Shown piece after piece: positions 7,559-16,835 of a stretch of 64,000 bases of DNA (positions within the stretch are counted from its first letter, which is position 1; the number at the start of each line of letters is the position of its first letter). The notes beneath the pieces were generated by a model. It ran no database searches. It had not been told where the DNA came from and saw nothing but the letters and a program-made list of their open reading frames with translations. A program made the translations under genes and the position numbers. The stretch comes from an uncultured bacterium (GTDB lineage Bacteria > Bacteroidota > Bacteroidia > Chitinophagales > UBA10324). The stretch spans positions 9,216 through 73,215 of the forward strand of contig CAXBPY010000003.1 in assembly GCA_963977675.1 (NCBI GenBank). Direction: 5' to 3'.

Positions 7559-10159
7559 TTGTCGAAGGTTAAAGAGATAAAAGAAACCCCGCTCATGGGG
7601 CAATACAATCGCATCAAGGAAAAATATCCGGATGCGATTTTGCTTTTTCGTGTCGGTGATTTTTATGAAACCTTTAATCAGGATGCAGTTATCACTTCGA
7701 AAGTTCTCGGAATTGTTTTGACCAAGCGCGCAAACGGTGCGGCTGCTTACATGGACCTCGCAGGTTTTCCGCATCATGCGCTCGACACTTACCTGCCTAA
7801 GTTGGTGAAAGCCGGTTACCGTGTAGCGATCTGCGATCAGCTCGAAGACCCGAAACTCACGAAGACCATTGTGAAGCGCGGAGTCACTGAGATGATTACA
7901 CCGGGTGTGACGGACAATGAAAAACTACTCGACCATTCTTCCAACAATTTTTTGTGCGCTGTTCATTTCGATTCGCAGTATTATGGATTGACATTTCTCG
8001 ACATCAGCACCGGAGAGTTTTATGCCGCGCAGGGAAATGCTGAATATGCCGATAAACTTTTGCAGTCACTGAAGCCAAACGAAATAATTTTTTCAAAAAG
8101 TTTTCAAAAAGATTTCAAGCAGCAGTTCGGAAATAAAATTTACACCTACACCATTGATGATTGGGTTTTCAGTTTCGATTACACCGTTGAATTATTGCAA
8201 CGGCATTTTCAGGTACAGTCGCTGAAAGGTTTTGGAATTGATGAAATGAAACCTGCTGTGATTGCGTGCGGCGCGGCGCTGCAATATCTCAGCGACACGG
8301 AGCATCCGAACATCGGGCACATCACCGGCATCTCACGCATCGAAGAAGACCGCTTCGTGTGGCTCGACCGCTTCACCATTCAGAATTTGGAACTGCTTCA
8401 GTGCCGTCACGAACACGGCAAATCATTGTTGCAGGTGCTCGACCACACACTCAGCCCGATGGGTTCGCGCATGTTACGCAAGTGGGTGGTGCTTCCGCTC
8501 AAAGAAAAATTACACATCGAAGAGCGGCTTGATATGGTGGAGCTCTTCATTAAAGAACCAGAACTGCTTCGTCAGTTGCAACACGGATTGAAACAAGCCG
8601 GAGATTTGGAAAGATTGATTGCGCGTGTGCCGCTCGGAAAAATAAATCCGCGTGAAGTGCTGCAACTCCGTCGCGCGCTCGTTGGGGTGGAACAACTCAT
8701 TACTGATTTTTCCATTCACGCACAATTGCAGAATGTGAGCGGGCAATTGAATCCGTGCGCTTATATCCGCGAGAAAATTGAACGCACACTCAATGAAGAT
8801 GCACCTGCTGTGATTCAGAAGGGCGGCGCAATTAAGAGCGGTGTGTCTGCGCAGTTGGATGAGTATCGCGGACTGGCTTATTCAGGAAAAGAATTTCTGC
8901 TGCAGATTCAGAAAGATGAAATTGAAAAAACAGGAATCACTTCGCTGAAGATTGGTTTCAATAACATTCACGGCTACTATCTGGAAGTGACAAACACACA
9001 CAAGAGCCGCGTGCCCGCCGACTGGATTCGCAAGCAAACACTCGTGAATGCAGAGCGATATGTGACTCCTTCTTTGAAAGAGTATGAAGAAAAAATTCTT
9101 GGTGCTGAAGAAAAAATTCTTGAACTCGAACAAAAACTTTTTGCTGAACTCGTGAGCGAACTGAACGGATTTGTGCAGGTGGTTCAGTTGAATGCAACTG
9201 TGCTTGCGCGTCTCGATTGTTTGCAGTCATTCGCCACGCTTGCACTCAAGCACAATTATCACAAACCAATTCTTGACGACAGTTATGTGATTGATATAAA
9301 AGCCGGTCGCCATCCTGTGATAGAGCAGCAACTTCCGCTTGGTGAGCAATATGTTCCGAATGATATTTTCCTCGATAACGAATCGCAGCAAATTATCATC
9401 ATCACCGGACCAAACATGGCGGGTAAAAGCGCGCTCATTCGCCAGACCGCTTTGATTGTGCTGCTTGCACAGATGGGAAGTTTTGTTCCTGCTGCTTCGG
9501 CGCGCATTGGTTTGGTTGACAAAATTTTTACCCGCGTGGGAGCGAGCGATAATATTTCTTCCGGCGAATCAACCTTCATGGTGGAGATGAGCGAGACCGC
9601 AAGCATCCTGAACAACATCAGTGACCGCAGTTTAATTCTCTTAGATGAAATCGGGCGCGGCACCAGCACCTTCGACGGTATCAGCATTGCGTGGGCAATT
9701 GCAGAATACCTGCACACGAATTCAAAAGGAAAACCGAAAACACTTTTCGCCACACACTATCACGAGATGAATGAACTGGAAGAAAAGTTTCCGCGCATCC
9801 GCAATTTCAATGTAGCGATTCGCGAGAGCGGAAATAAAATTATTTTCTTACGGAAATTAGTTGCGGGCGGAAGTCAGCACTCATTCGGAATTCATGTAGC
9901 GAAAATGGCGGGCATACCGAACGGAGTGGTGGAGCGCGCGAAAGAAATTCTCAGTGAGATGGAAGCAAAGTCCATCGGTGGTGAACTGAAAAATGTGGTG
10001 CGAAGTATCAAACCAAAAGAAATGCAACTCAGCATTTTTGAAGCCGACCCAAAACTGAAAGAACTGAAATCTCAAATCGAAAACCTCGACATCAATACAC
10101 TCACTCCTGTGGAGGCGCTGATGAAGTTGCATGAGATGAAGAAGAATATTGAAGAATGA
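7559..10159 (+). CDS. mutS: DNA mismatch repair protein MutS
   Basis: ETPLMGQYNRIKEKYPDAILLFRVGDFYETF is the mismatch-binding domain. ITGPNMAGKSALIRQ is the Walker A motif, followed by LILLDEIGRGTSTFDG. The protein is 866 aa. The only in-frame start upstream of the conserved TPLM segment is the TTG at 7559. Confidence 0.95.
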   Translation: MSKVKEIKETPLMGQYNRIKEKYPDAILLFRVGDFYETFNQDAVITSKVLGIVLTKRANGAAAYMDLAGFPHHALDTYLPKLVKAGYRVAICDQLEDPKLTKTIVKRGVTEMITPGVTDNEKLLDHSSNNFLCAVHFDSQYYGLTFLDISTGEFYAAQGNAEYADKLLQSLKPNEIIFSKSFQKDFKQQFGNKIYTYTIDDWVFSFDYTVELLQRHFQVQSLKGFGIDEMKPAVIACGAALQYLSDTEHPNIGHITGISRIEEDRFVWLDRFTIQNLELLQCRHEHGKSLLQVLDHTLSPMGSRMLRKWVVLPLKEKLHIEERLDMVELFIKEPELLRQLQHGLKQAGDLERLIARVPLGKINPREVLQLRRALVGVEQLITDFSIHAQLQNVSGQLNPCAYIREKIERTLNEDAPAVIQKGGAIKSGVSAQLDEYRGLAYSGKEFLLQIQKDEIEKTGITSLKIGFNNIHGYYLEVTNTHKSRVPADWIRKQTLVNAERYVTPSLKEYEEKILGAEEKILELEQKLFAELVSELNGFVQVVQLNATVLARLDCLQSFATLALKHNYHKPILDDSYVIDIKAGRHPVIEQQLPLGEQYVPNDIFLDNESQQIIIITGPNMAGKSALIRQTALIVLLAQMGSFVPAASARIGLVDKIFTRVGASDNISSGESTFMVEMSETASILNNISDRSLILLDEIGRGTSTFDGISIAWAIAEYLHTNSKGKPKTLFATHYHEMNELEEKFPRIRNFNVAIRESGNKIIFLRKLVAGGSQHSFGIHVAKMAGIPNGVVERAKEILSEMEAKSIGGELKNVVRSIKPKEMQLSIFEADPKLKELKSQIENLDINTLTPVEALMKLHEMKKNIEE

Positions 10160-10590
10160 TTTTTCGCGAAGCTCTTATTTCTGACATCCCTCAAATTCAA
10201 TTCGTGCGCAATGCTGTTAGCGAGAACAGATTATCGAATCCAAATCTTGTGACAGATGAAGATGTGAAGGAGTTTATCACTGTGCGTGGCAAGGGTTGGG
10301 TTTGTGAAATTGAAAACACCATTGTTGGTTTTGCCATTGCGGATTTAGTAGAGAATAATATCTGGGCGCTGTTTGTTCATCCGGATTTTGAAGCGCGCGG
10401 AATCGGTAAGCAACTTCAAACACTCATGCTCGATTGGTATTTCGAACAAGGAAAAGAAACTGTGTGGCTTGGCACCGCTCCCAATTCACGGGCAGAAAAA
10501 TTTTATCGCCTCACCGGCTGGACTCAAACAGGACTTAGACAGAATGGGGAAATAAAATTTGAAATGAAGAAAAGTGATTTCAGAATTTAG
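10156..10590 (+). CDS. GNAT family N-acetyltransferase
   Basis: LFVHPDFEARGIGKQLQTLMLDW is the acetyl-CoA binding motif A (R/Q-x-x-G-x-G/A). The ATGA start/stop overlaps mutS. Confidence 0.8.
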   Translation: MIFREALISDIPQIQFVRNAVSENRLSNPNLVTDEDVKEFITVRGKGWVCEIENTIVGFAIADLVENNIWALFVHPDFEARGIGKQLQTLMLDWYFEQGKETVWLGTAPNSRAEKFYRLTGWTQTGLRQNGEIKFEMKKSDFRI

Positions 10591-10638
10591 TCCTGTTTGA
10601 ACGGGATAAGAATACTTTTTGATTAACAGATTGTATTG

Positions 10639-10666
10639 AAATCTATAATCTAAATTCTTAAATCTA
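10639..10666. repeat. imperfect heptamer tandem tract (AAATCTA TAATCTA AATTCTT AAATCTA) abutting the rocD stop
   Basis: TCT recurs at 10642, 10649, 10656 and 10663. The tract overlaps the rocD stop codon (10664-10666). Confidence 0.65.
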
Positions 10667-11878
10667 AAATGCTTCGGCAGTTCGCTTAATAATTTCCGCG
10701 CACTCATAAATCTGCTCTCTAGTAATTACAAGCGGTGGCGCGAAACGAATTTTATCTCCATGAGTTGGCTTTGCGAGTAATCCATTTTTCATTAGAGCAA
10801 TACAAAAATCCCAGGCAGTTTTTCCATTGCGGTTCTTCACCACAATTGCATTGAGCAATCCTTTTCCTCGAACAACACTCACAAAATTTTTATCAAGCTT
10901 GTTCAATTCATCTCGAAGAATATTTCCAAGAGCAAAAGCATTATCGCTTAGTTTTTCATCTTGCAAAACATCCATCGCTGTCATAGCAACTGCGCAGGCG
11001 AGCGGGTTTCCGCCGTAGGTGCTTCCATGTTCTCCGGGTTTTATGTTGAGCATAATTTCATCGTCACACAAAACAGCAGACACCGGAAGCGTTCCACCAC
11101 TCAGTGCTTTTCCAAGAATCAAAATATCAGGACGAACATTTTCATAATCGCAAGCGAGCATTTTTCCCGTGCGTGCTAATCCTGTTTGTACTTCATCCGC
11201 CATGAAGAGAACATTTTTTTCTCCACACAATTTTTTTGCTGATGTAAGATAGCCATCATCCGGAACTACAACTCCCGCTTCGCCTTGTATGGGTTCGACT
11301 AAAAATCCTGCAACAGTTTCGTCCTGCAAAGCTGACTTCAGCGCGTTCAAATCGTTGAAAGGAATTTGAATGAAGCCCGGCATGTAAGGACCAAATCCTG
11401 AATAAGAATCCGGATCGCTGCTGAATGAAATCACAGTAGAAGTTCTTCCATGAAAGTTGTCGCGGCACACTATAATCTTCGCATTATTTTCTTTCACACC
11501 TTTCACATCATAAGCCCAGCGGCGGCAGAGTTTCAATGCAGTTTCCACAGCTTCCACTCCTGTATTCATTGGCAGAAGTTTATCGTAACCAAAAAGTTTG
11601 GTCATGTATTCTTCATACTGCCCAAGCAAATTATTGTGAAACGCACGGCTGGTGAGCGTAAGTTTTTGCGATTGCTCAATCAATGCATTGATGATTCGCG
11701 GATGACAATGTCCCTGATTCACCGCGGAGTAAGCAGAAAGAAAATCGAAATACTTTTTCCCTTCAGTATCCCACACATGCACACCGCTTCCACGCTCCAG
11801 CACTACCGGAAGAGGATGATAGTTATGAGCACCATATTTTTCTTCGAGTTCTATGAAAGGAATTTTTGTTTCAAGCAT
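10664..11878 (-). CDS. rocD: ornithine--oxo-acid aminotransferase
   Basis: [46 protein letters not shown] and [39 protein letters not shown] (PLP lysine) are very close to known ornithine aminotransferases. Confidence 0.9.
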   Translation of the reverse strand: MLETKIPFIELEEKYGAHNYHPLPVVLERGSGVHVWDTEGKKYFDFLSAYSAVNQGHCHPRIINALIEQSQKLTLTSRAFHNNLLGQYEEYMTKLFGYDKLLPMNTGVEAVETALKLCRRWAYDVKGVKENNAKIIVCRDNFHGRTSTVISFSSDPDSYSGFGPYMPGFIQIPFNDLNALKSALQDETVAGFLVEPIQGEAGVVVPDDGYLTSAKKLCGEKNVLFMADEVQTGLARTGKMLACDYENVRPDILILGKALSGGTLPVSAVLCDDEIMLNIKPGEHGSTYGGNPLACAVAMTAMDVLQDEKLSDNAFALGNILRDELNKLDKNFVSVVRGKGLLNAIVVKNRNGKTAWDFCIALMKNGLLAKPTHGDKIRFAPPLVITREQIYECAEIIKRTAEAF

Positions 11879-11881
11879 AGT

Positions 11882-11930
11882 TAGATGATGGGTGAAGGAA
11901 GAATTTGAAATTCAAAAATAGGAGGGAAGG
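11882..11930. repeat. weak 7-nt periodic purine-rich tract between rocD and the nucleoside phosphorylase gene
   Basis: TAGATGA TGGGTGA AGGAAGA ATTTGAA ATTCAAA AATAGGA GGGAAGG: units end in GA or GG every 7 nt. It is more degenerate than the other tracts. Confidence 0.35.
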
Positions 11931-11944
11931 CTTATGGATGCAGG

Positions 11945-12844
11945 CTACCGGTTTGTCAACTTGGAAAGTACCAGTTCAATTAATTTTTCCATTGTGGCTC
12001 CTGCATCCGAACTAAATTGTTTAGAAATTCTGTTAGCCACGATAGCACTTAATGAAAGTGCCCGATGCCCCATCAGGCGGCTCATCGAATAAATCGCTGA
12101 AGTTTCCATCTCGAAATTAGTGATATGATAATCGTGAAAAGTGAATGATGAAAGTTTATCAATCAGTTTTGGAAATGCAAGTTGATTGCGAATAACTCGG
12201 CCCTGCGGACCATAGAAGCCCGGGCAAGTGATTGTGATGCCACTGAAGAGTTGGTGGTTCGCGGTTCGTAGTTCGTGGTTAGCAAATATTTTGAGTAATG
12301 ATTTATGTGCACTTGTTGTTGAGAGAAAAAATTTATTATCACCGTTTAAAATTTTCTTTCTGAATTTTTCCTGCATTTTTTTTTCATGGCTATTTAATTT
12401 CGGTTTATAAAATTGCATCAGATTGTCAAGGCCGATTGAGTGAGAACTTGCAACAATGGAATCAACCGGGATATTTTTTTGCAATGATCCGGATGTTCCA
12501 ACGCGAATGAGGTTGAGTTTTGTTTTCTTTTTCTTAACAGTTCGGGTTTTGAAATCAATATTCACGAGTGCATCTAACTCGGTAAGCACAATGTCAATAT
12601 TATCAGGTCCAATTCCAGTGCTTATCACCGAGATTCTTTTTCCGTTTTTATATCCTGTGTGCGTCACAAACTCGCGGTGATTTATTTTAAATTCAATTGA
12701 ATCAAAATGTTTTGATACTTCTTTCACCCTGTCCGGATCGCCAACCGTGATAACAGTATCAGCAATTTCTTCGGGTAAAAGATTTAAATGATAGATAGCA
12801 CCTCTCTGGTTAATTATCAGTTCTGATTCTGCAATTGGCTTCAT
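11945..12844 (-). CDS. nucleoside phosphorylase (PNP/UDP-1 family, uridine phosphorylase-like)
   Basis: The segments VITVGDPDRV, IRVGTSGSLQ and FEMETSAIY are characteristic of the PNP_UDP_1 fold. Confidence 0.75.
   Translation of the reverse strand: MKPIAESELIINQRGAIYHLNLLPEEIADTVITVGDPDRVKEVSKHFDSIEFKINHREFVTHTGYKNGKRISVISTGIGPDNIDIVLTELDALVNIDFKTRTVKKKKTKLNLIRVGTSGSLQKNIPVDSIVASSHSIGLDNLMQFYKPKLNSHEKKMQEKFRKKILNGDNKFFLSTTSAHKSLLKIFANHELRTANHQLFSGITITCPGFYGPQGRVIRNQLAFPKLIDKLSSFTFHDYHITNFEMETSAIYSMSRLMGHRALSLSAIVANRISKQFSSDAGATMEKLIELVLSKLTNR
12254..12281. repeat. heptamer tandem tract (GTGGTTC GCGGTTC GTAGTTC GTGGTTA) inside the nucleoside phosphorylase CDS
   Basis: GTTC recurs at 12257, 12264 and 12271 (GTTA at 12278). 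On the coding strand it encodes ANHELRTANHQ. Confidence 0.75.
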
Positions 12845-12930
12845 TCTTTCAGTATTATTTTCGCGCTGTCAAAGAAAAAATATTTTCTTTCTAAACATCT
12901 TCTTAAACAAATACAATTCAATAAATAAAA

Positions 12931-13788
12931 ATGAGCAAGCTTCCATTAAAAAAACTTTTGGTTCCAACTGATTTCTCTGACATTTCACTTCATGCACTTG
13001 ATTATGCTGCAGGTATAGCTAATAATACAGGAGCAGAAATTACCCTGCTTCATGTATATGATGCACCGGAAATACCCAACCTTTCAAAAACTTTCAATAT
13101 GAATGATTTGATTGAAAAAGGTATTAATGAAAAAATTAATGAGATAAAAATTTCAAACAAGAATCTTCTGGGAGTCTTTATCCATTCAAAAGTTGTGAAT
13201 GGAAATATTCATGACAAAATTGAAGCAGTGGCCAAAGAGATTAAAGCGGATCTTATTGTGATGGGAACCCACGGCAGCAGTGGAATACGAAACATGCGTA
13301 AATTTATTTTGGGCTCCACAGCTTATCGCGTTGTTAGTGAAGCTCCTTGCCCGATTATCACCTTAAGAGAAGTGAAGAAAAAAATTGCATTTAAAAACAT
13401 TGTGCTTCCTATTGATAATTCAAAAGACACAATGAAAAAAGTAGGACTTGCTATTGAGTGGGCAAAAGCATTTGGCAGCACAGTTCACATTCTTGCACTT
13501 ACCGCATTCTTTGAAGAATTGGTTGTGCAGATAAAAGATTTAAAAGAACAGGTAGCTGAAGTTGTAAGCGAATTAGAAAAAAATGGTATCAAGCACCAGC
13601 AAAAGATGATTCGTCATCAGCGTGTCAGTGACTCGGTGCATGATTATGCAAAGAAGGTGAATGCGGATTTAATAATGATTGCAACCGGCCAGGAAAATGC
13701 TTTCACCGACGCTATCTTTCACAGCGCTGCAAGAAATATTGTCACGGACTCCAGTGTTCCTGTTTTGTCAGTGAATACCGGAAAGTAA
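12931..13788 (+). CDS. universal stress protein (tandem UspA domains)
   Basis: It has two Usp halves: KKLLVPTDFSD...ADLIVMGTHGSSG...LGSTAYRVVSEAPCPIITL and a second ADLIMIATGQ...VPVLSV. Confidence 0.85.
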   Translation: MSKLPLKKLLVPTDFSDISLHALDYAAGIANNTGAEITLLHVYDAPEIPNLSKTFNMNDLIEKGINEKINEIKISNKNLLGVFIHSKVVNGNIHDKIEAVAKEIKADLIVMGTHGSSGIRNMRKFILGSTAYRVVSEAPCPIITLREVKKKIAFKNIVLPIDNSKDTMKKVGLAIEWAKAFGSTVHILALTAFFEELVVQIKDLKEQVAEVVSELEKNGIKHQQKMIRHQRVSDSVHDYAKKVNADLIMIATGQENAFTDAIFHSAARNIVTDSSVPVLSVNTGK

Positions 13789-13795
13789 GTGTGAA

Positions 13796-13830
13796 ACTTA
13801 CTTATAACTAATAACTATAAACTAATAACG
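13796..13830. repeat. heptamer tandem tract (ACTTACT TATAACT AATAACT ATAAACT AATAACG)
   Basis: AAC(T/G) recurs at 13806, 13813, 13820 and 13827. The tract lies between the usp stop (13788) and the UPF0316 gene. The same word family occurs in inverted form at 24694-24728. Confidence 0.75.
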
Positions 13831-13891
13831 AACATCAATTTTCGACTATCACAGTTGGATAATTCTTCCGCTCATCATTTTTATTTCAAGA

Positions 13892-14401
13892 GTGTGTGAT
13901 GTGTCGCTTGGCACCATTCGAAACCTGATGATTGGAAAAGGGTATCGAAAACTTGCACCTATCCTGGGTTTCTTTGAAGTGCTGATATGGATTGTTGTAG
14001 TAAGCCAGGTGATGAAAAACCTTGACAACATAGCCTGTTACTTTGCATGGGCTGCCGGTTTTGCTACCGGAACTTATGTCGGACTTTTCATAGAAGGTAA
14101 AATTGCACTTGGACTTCAGCTTGTCCGGGTTTTCATTCAAAATAATTCTGAAGATCTGATTGATGAATTAGTGAAAGCAAATCATGGAGTGACTGTGGTG
14201 AATGCGCATGGTGCAAAAGCGCCTGTGAAAATGATTTACCTGATTGTTAAAAGAAAGTATGTACAGGAGGTGATTGAATTGATTGATCAGAAAAACCCTT
14301 CTGCATTTTTTACGGTGGAGGATATTAAATCTGTTCGCTCCGGAGTTTTCAGGGAAGGAAGCGACCCAAGTGCGATTGGAAAATGGCTCGGCATTAAATA
14401 A
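13892..14401 (+). CDS. UPF0316 / DUF2179 domain-containing membrane protein
   Basis: CDVSLGTIRNLMIGKGYRKLAPILGFFEVLIWIVVVSQV plus the C-terminal DUF2179-like VTVVNAHGAK...FFTVEDI. The frame is open back to 13829 and encodes FDYHSWIILPLIIFISR, which looks like the missing first TM helix, but no ATG/GTG/TTG lies there. The 5' end is therefore uncertain. Confidence 0.7.
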   Translation: MCDVSLGTIRNLMIGKGYRKLAPILGFFEVLIWIVVVSQVMKNLDNIACYFAWAAGFATGTYVGLFIEGKIALGLQLVRVFIQNNSEDLIDELVKANHGVTVVNAHGAKAPVKMIYLIVKRKYVQEVIELIDQKNPSAFFTVEDIKSVRSGVFREGSDPSAIGKWLGIK

Positions 14402-14427
14402 TTTTTTTCTTTGAATAAATTCGTTTC

Positions 14428-15105
14428 ATGAAAACAAAATCAATTCTGAAAAACCTGATCATTATTTTATTAGTTTCTTTTTCAGGAAAATCATTCGCGC
14501 AGATTTCAAATTATGTTGAGAGGATGCCGCAGTTTCCTGGCGGAGAAAAAGAGATGTACAGTTTTCTGGCAAAAAATATTCGCTATCCTGCTGATGCAAG
14601 AGAAAATAATATTCAGGGAAAAGTAATTGTACAATTTGTTGTCAAGCGCGACGGAAACCTTGATTCAATAAAAATAAAAACTCCCTTAGGATACGGTTGC
14701 GACGAAGAAGTGATTCGGATTATCAAAATGATGCCAAAGTGGGAACCCGCTATGCGAAATGATACTGCCGTTGATTGCTACTTCATTCTACCGGTAACTT
14801 TTCAGATGAGCAATGGTTCGAGACACGAGTCCAACACTGATGATATTGAAATTGTAATTTCAAATTCTGATTCAAACGAAACCCTCAATGAAATTGCACA
14901 ACAGATGTTGCAAAAAGATTTTTTTGTGTACTTCAAGAAAATAAAAAGAAGTAAGAGCGGCGCTATTTCCAGTATATATATTCATATAGCTTCAACTCAG
15001 GGAAGTGTAAGTGGCACTTATAAAAATTTCAGTTCTGTTAAAATATTTAGGTCAAAAGAAAAGGGAATTGGTATTTCTCCAACAACACTGGATGTTGGAA
15101 AATGA
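14428..15105 (+). CDS. TonB C-terminal domain-containing (energy transducer TonB family) protein
   Basis: MPQFPGGEKEMYSFLAKNIRYPADARENNIQGKVIVQFVVKRDGNLDSIKI is a typical Bacteroidota TonB_C segment. An N-terminal signal or anchor is present. Confidence 0.8.
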   Translation: MKTKSILKNLIIILLVSFSGKSFAQISNYVERMPQFPGGEKEMYSFLAKNIRYPADARENNIQGKVIVQFVVKRDGNLDSIKIKTPLGYGCDEEVIRIIKMMPKWEPAMRNDTAVDCYFILPVTFQMSNGSRHESNTDDIEIVISNSDSNETLNEIAQQMLQKDFFVYFKKIKRSKSGAISSIYIHIASTQGSVSGTYKNFSSVKIFRSKEKGIGISPTTLDVGK

Positions 15106-15220
15106 TTGAAAAAAATTTCTCCATTTATCTGGAACTTTATTCTCATAGAGAACATTATTTTCTAAGTCAGCATTTAAATTCGCGCAATTAATTTTTAAAC
15201 AAAACATAATAAAAAATAAA

Positions 15221-15634
15221 ATGTATCCAGCAGAGCTTACAGCACCCATGAGCCGTGAATTGACATCAAATGGATTCGAAGAATTGAAAACATCGGCCGA
15301 AACTGAAAATGTTTTTTCTAACTCAGCAGGTACAATGTTGTTAATGGTTAATTCCGTGTGCGGATGTGCAGCGGGAAGCGCCCGCCCCGGTGTTTTGTCA
15401 TCATTACAAGGCGATAAGCGCCCCGATAAATTATTTACAGTTTTTGCTGGAGTTGACAAAGAAGCAACTGCTACTGCGCGTGAACACTTGCTACCTTATC
15501 CTCCATCTTCACCTGCAATCGCATTATTCAAAGATGGAAAACTCGTTCACATGATTGAACGGCATCATATTGAAGGTAGAACCGCAGAAATAATTTCTAC
15601 TCACCTGAAACAGGTGTATAATGAGTTCTGTTAA
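15221..15634 (+). CDS. BrxA/BrxB family bacilliredoxin (DUF1094)
   Basis: MYPAELTAPMSRELTSNGFEEL...VNSVCGCAAGSARP contains the CGC redox motif. The length of 137 aa fits. Confidence 0.85.
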   Translation: MYPAELTAPMSRELTSNGFEELKTSAETENVFSNSAGTMLLMVNSVCGCAAGSARPGVLSSLQGDKRPDKLFTVFAGVDKEATATAREHLLPYPPSSPAIALFKDGKLVHMIERHHIEGRTAEIISTHLKQVYNEFC

Positions 15635-15647
15635 CTGATTTGAAGAA

Positions 15648-16688
15648 TCATTTCTGATTTTTCAATGCTTCAATTTCTTTTTCGAGCGAAAGAATTTTTT
15701 TCTGTAATTCTGGAAGCTGTTTGAAAATTGCCTGCGAACGCAAAGCGCTTGTGTAATCAAATGCAGGCGAACCGGTGATTGCTTTGTTTTCTTCCGTTAC
15801 ACTTTTGGAAACACCACTCTGAGCATTAATCCGCGTTCCATTTGCAGTTGAAATATGACCAACAATTCCGGCCTGGCCTCCAATAAGATTTTGTTTTCCG
15901 ATTCTGGTGCTGCCTGAAATTCCTGCCTGTGCTGCTATCACGGTGTTTTCACCCACTTCGACATTGTGAGCTATTTGTATAAGATTATCAAGTTTGGCTC
16001 CCCTGCGAATAATGGTACTGCCAAGGGCAGCCCTGTCAATTGTAGTGTTGGCGCCAATCTCCACCTCGTCTTCAATCACCACATTTCCGAGTTGAGGAAT
16101 TTTCATATATGAACCATCAGGAAGCGGTGCATGACCAAAACCATCACTGCCAATGACTACACCTGAATGAATGATACAGTTTTTTCCAATAACTGATTCA
16201 GCATAAATATTAACGCCGGAATAAATGATGGTTCCTGATTTTATTATACATCGCTCACCAATAAATGTGTTGGGAAAAATTTTGACTCCGTCTTCAATTA
16301 CAACATCATTCGAAATATATGAAAACGCTCCGATAAAAACTTCTTTTCCAATTTTAGCTTTAGGTGAAATGAAACTCGGTTGTTCAATTCCTGTTTTATC
16401 AGCGAGCTGTGTGCTGAATTTTTGCATGACAATGGCAAACGCAGAATATGGATCATCAACCCGAATAATAGATTTTACATTTTCATTTTGAATATTAATT
16501 CCATCAGATAACAAAAGCACGGATGCTTTAGTTGAATTTACAAACTCCAGATATTTTTGATTGGCAATGAAGGAAATACTTCCAGTGCCAGCGTCTTTTA
16601 TGCTTGCCGGATGAGAAATAACCGTAGCAGGATTGCCTTCCACTCTACCATTAACAAGCGAGGCAATTTCCTGTGATGAAAAATTCAT
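15648..16688 (-). CDS. lpxD: UDP-3-O-(3-hydroxymyristoyl)glucosamine N-acyltransferase
   Basis: From the ATG at 16688 the protein reads [19 protein letters not shown], a typical LpxD N-terminus. Extensive hexapeptide repeats follow ([19 protein letters not shown]..., [16 protein letters not shown]). Confidence 0.9.
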   Translation of the reverse strand: MNFSSQEIASLVNGRVEGNPATVISHPASIKDAGTGSISFIANQKYLEFVNSTKASVLLLSDGINIQNENVKSIIRVDDPYSAFAIVMQKFSTQLADKTGIEQPSFISPKAKIGKEVFIGAFSYISNDVVIEDGVKIFPNTFIGERCIIKSGTIIYSGVNIYAESVIGKNCIIHSGVVIGSDGFGHAPLPDGSYMKIPQLGNVVIEDEVEIGANTTIDRAALGSTIIRRGAKLDNLIQIAHNVEVGENTVIAAQAGISGSTRIGKQNLIGGQAGIVGHISTANGTRINAQSGVSKSVTEENKAITGSPAFDYTSALRSQAIFKQLPELQKKILSLEKEIEALKNQK

Positions 16689-16835
16689 TGAGCGAATGTA
16701 ACAGCACAGAAACAAATATTGAGATATGTAAAAAGAACTATTAAGCTACACTACCGGAGCAAACAATAATTTTCTTCCCGGCAGTTCGCCCAATGTGATT
16801 GAAACAATTTCTGTTCACCGCATAAAAACAAACTG

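Noticed and set aside
7505-7777. A 90-aa minus-strand ORF across the mutS start
   Set aside because: It overlaps the conserved mutS N-terminus. Its C-terminus (…RFGDLKV) is just a translation of the octamer repeat tract.
8262-8591. Arg/Ala/Ser-rich alternative-frame ORFs (8262..8591 and 8266..8532) and antisense ORFs (for example 9283..9753) inside mutS
   Set aside because: They are off-frame readings of a locally GC-richer part of mutS. No start context or motifs are present. The mutS frame is unambiguous.
11450-11884. A 144-aa ORF antisense to rocD
   Set aside because: It is entirely contained in the ornithine aminotransferase gene, has no recognisable motif, and is a shadow ORF.
15052-15459. 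A 135-aa minus-strand ORF overlapping the bacilliredoxin gene
   Set aside because: It is antisense to a confidently recognised BrxA/B gene and to the end of the TonB-like gene. It is a shadow ORF.
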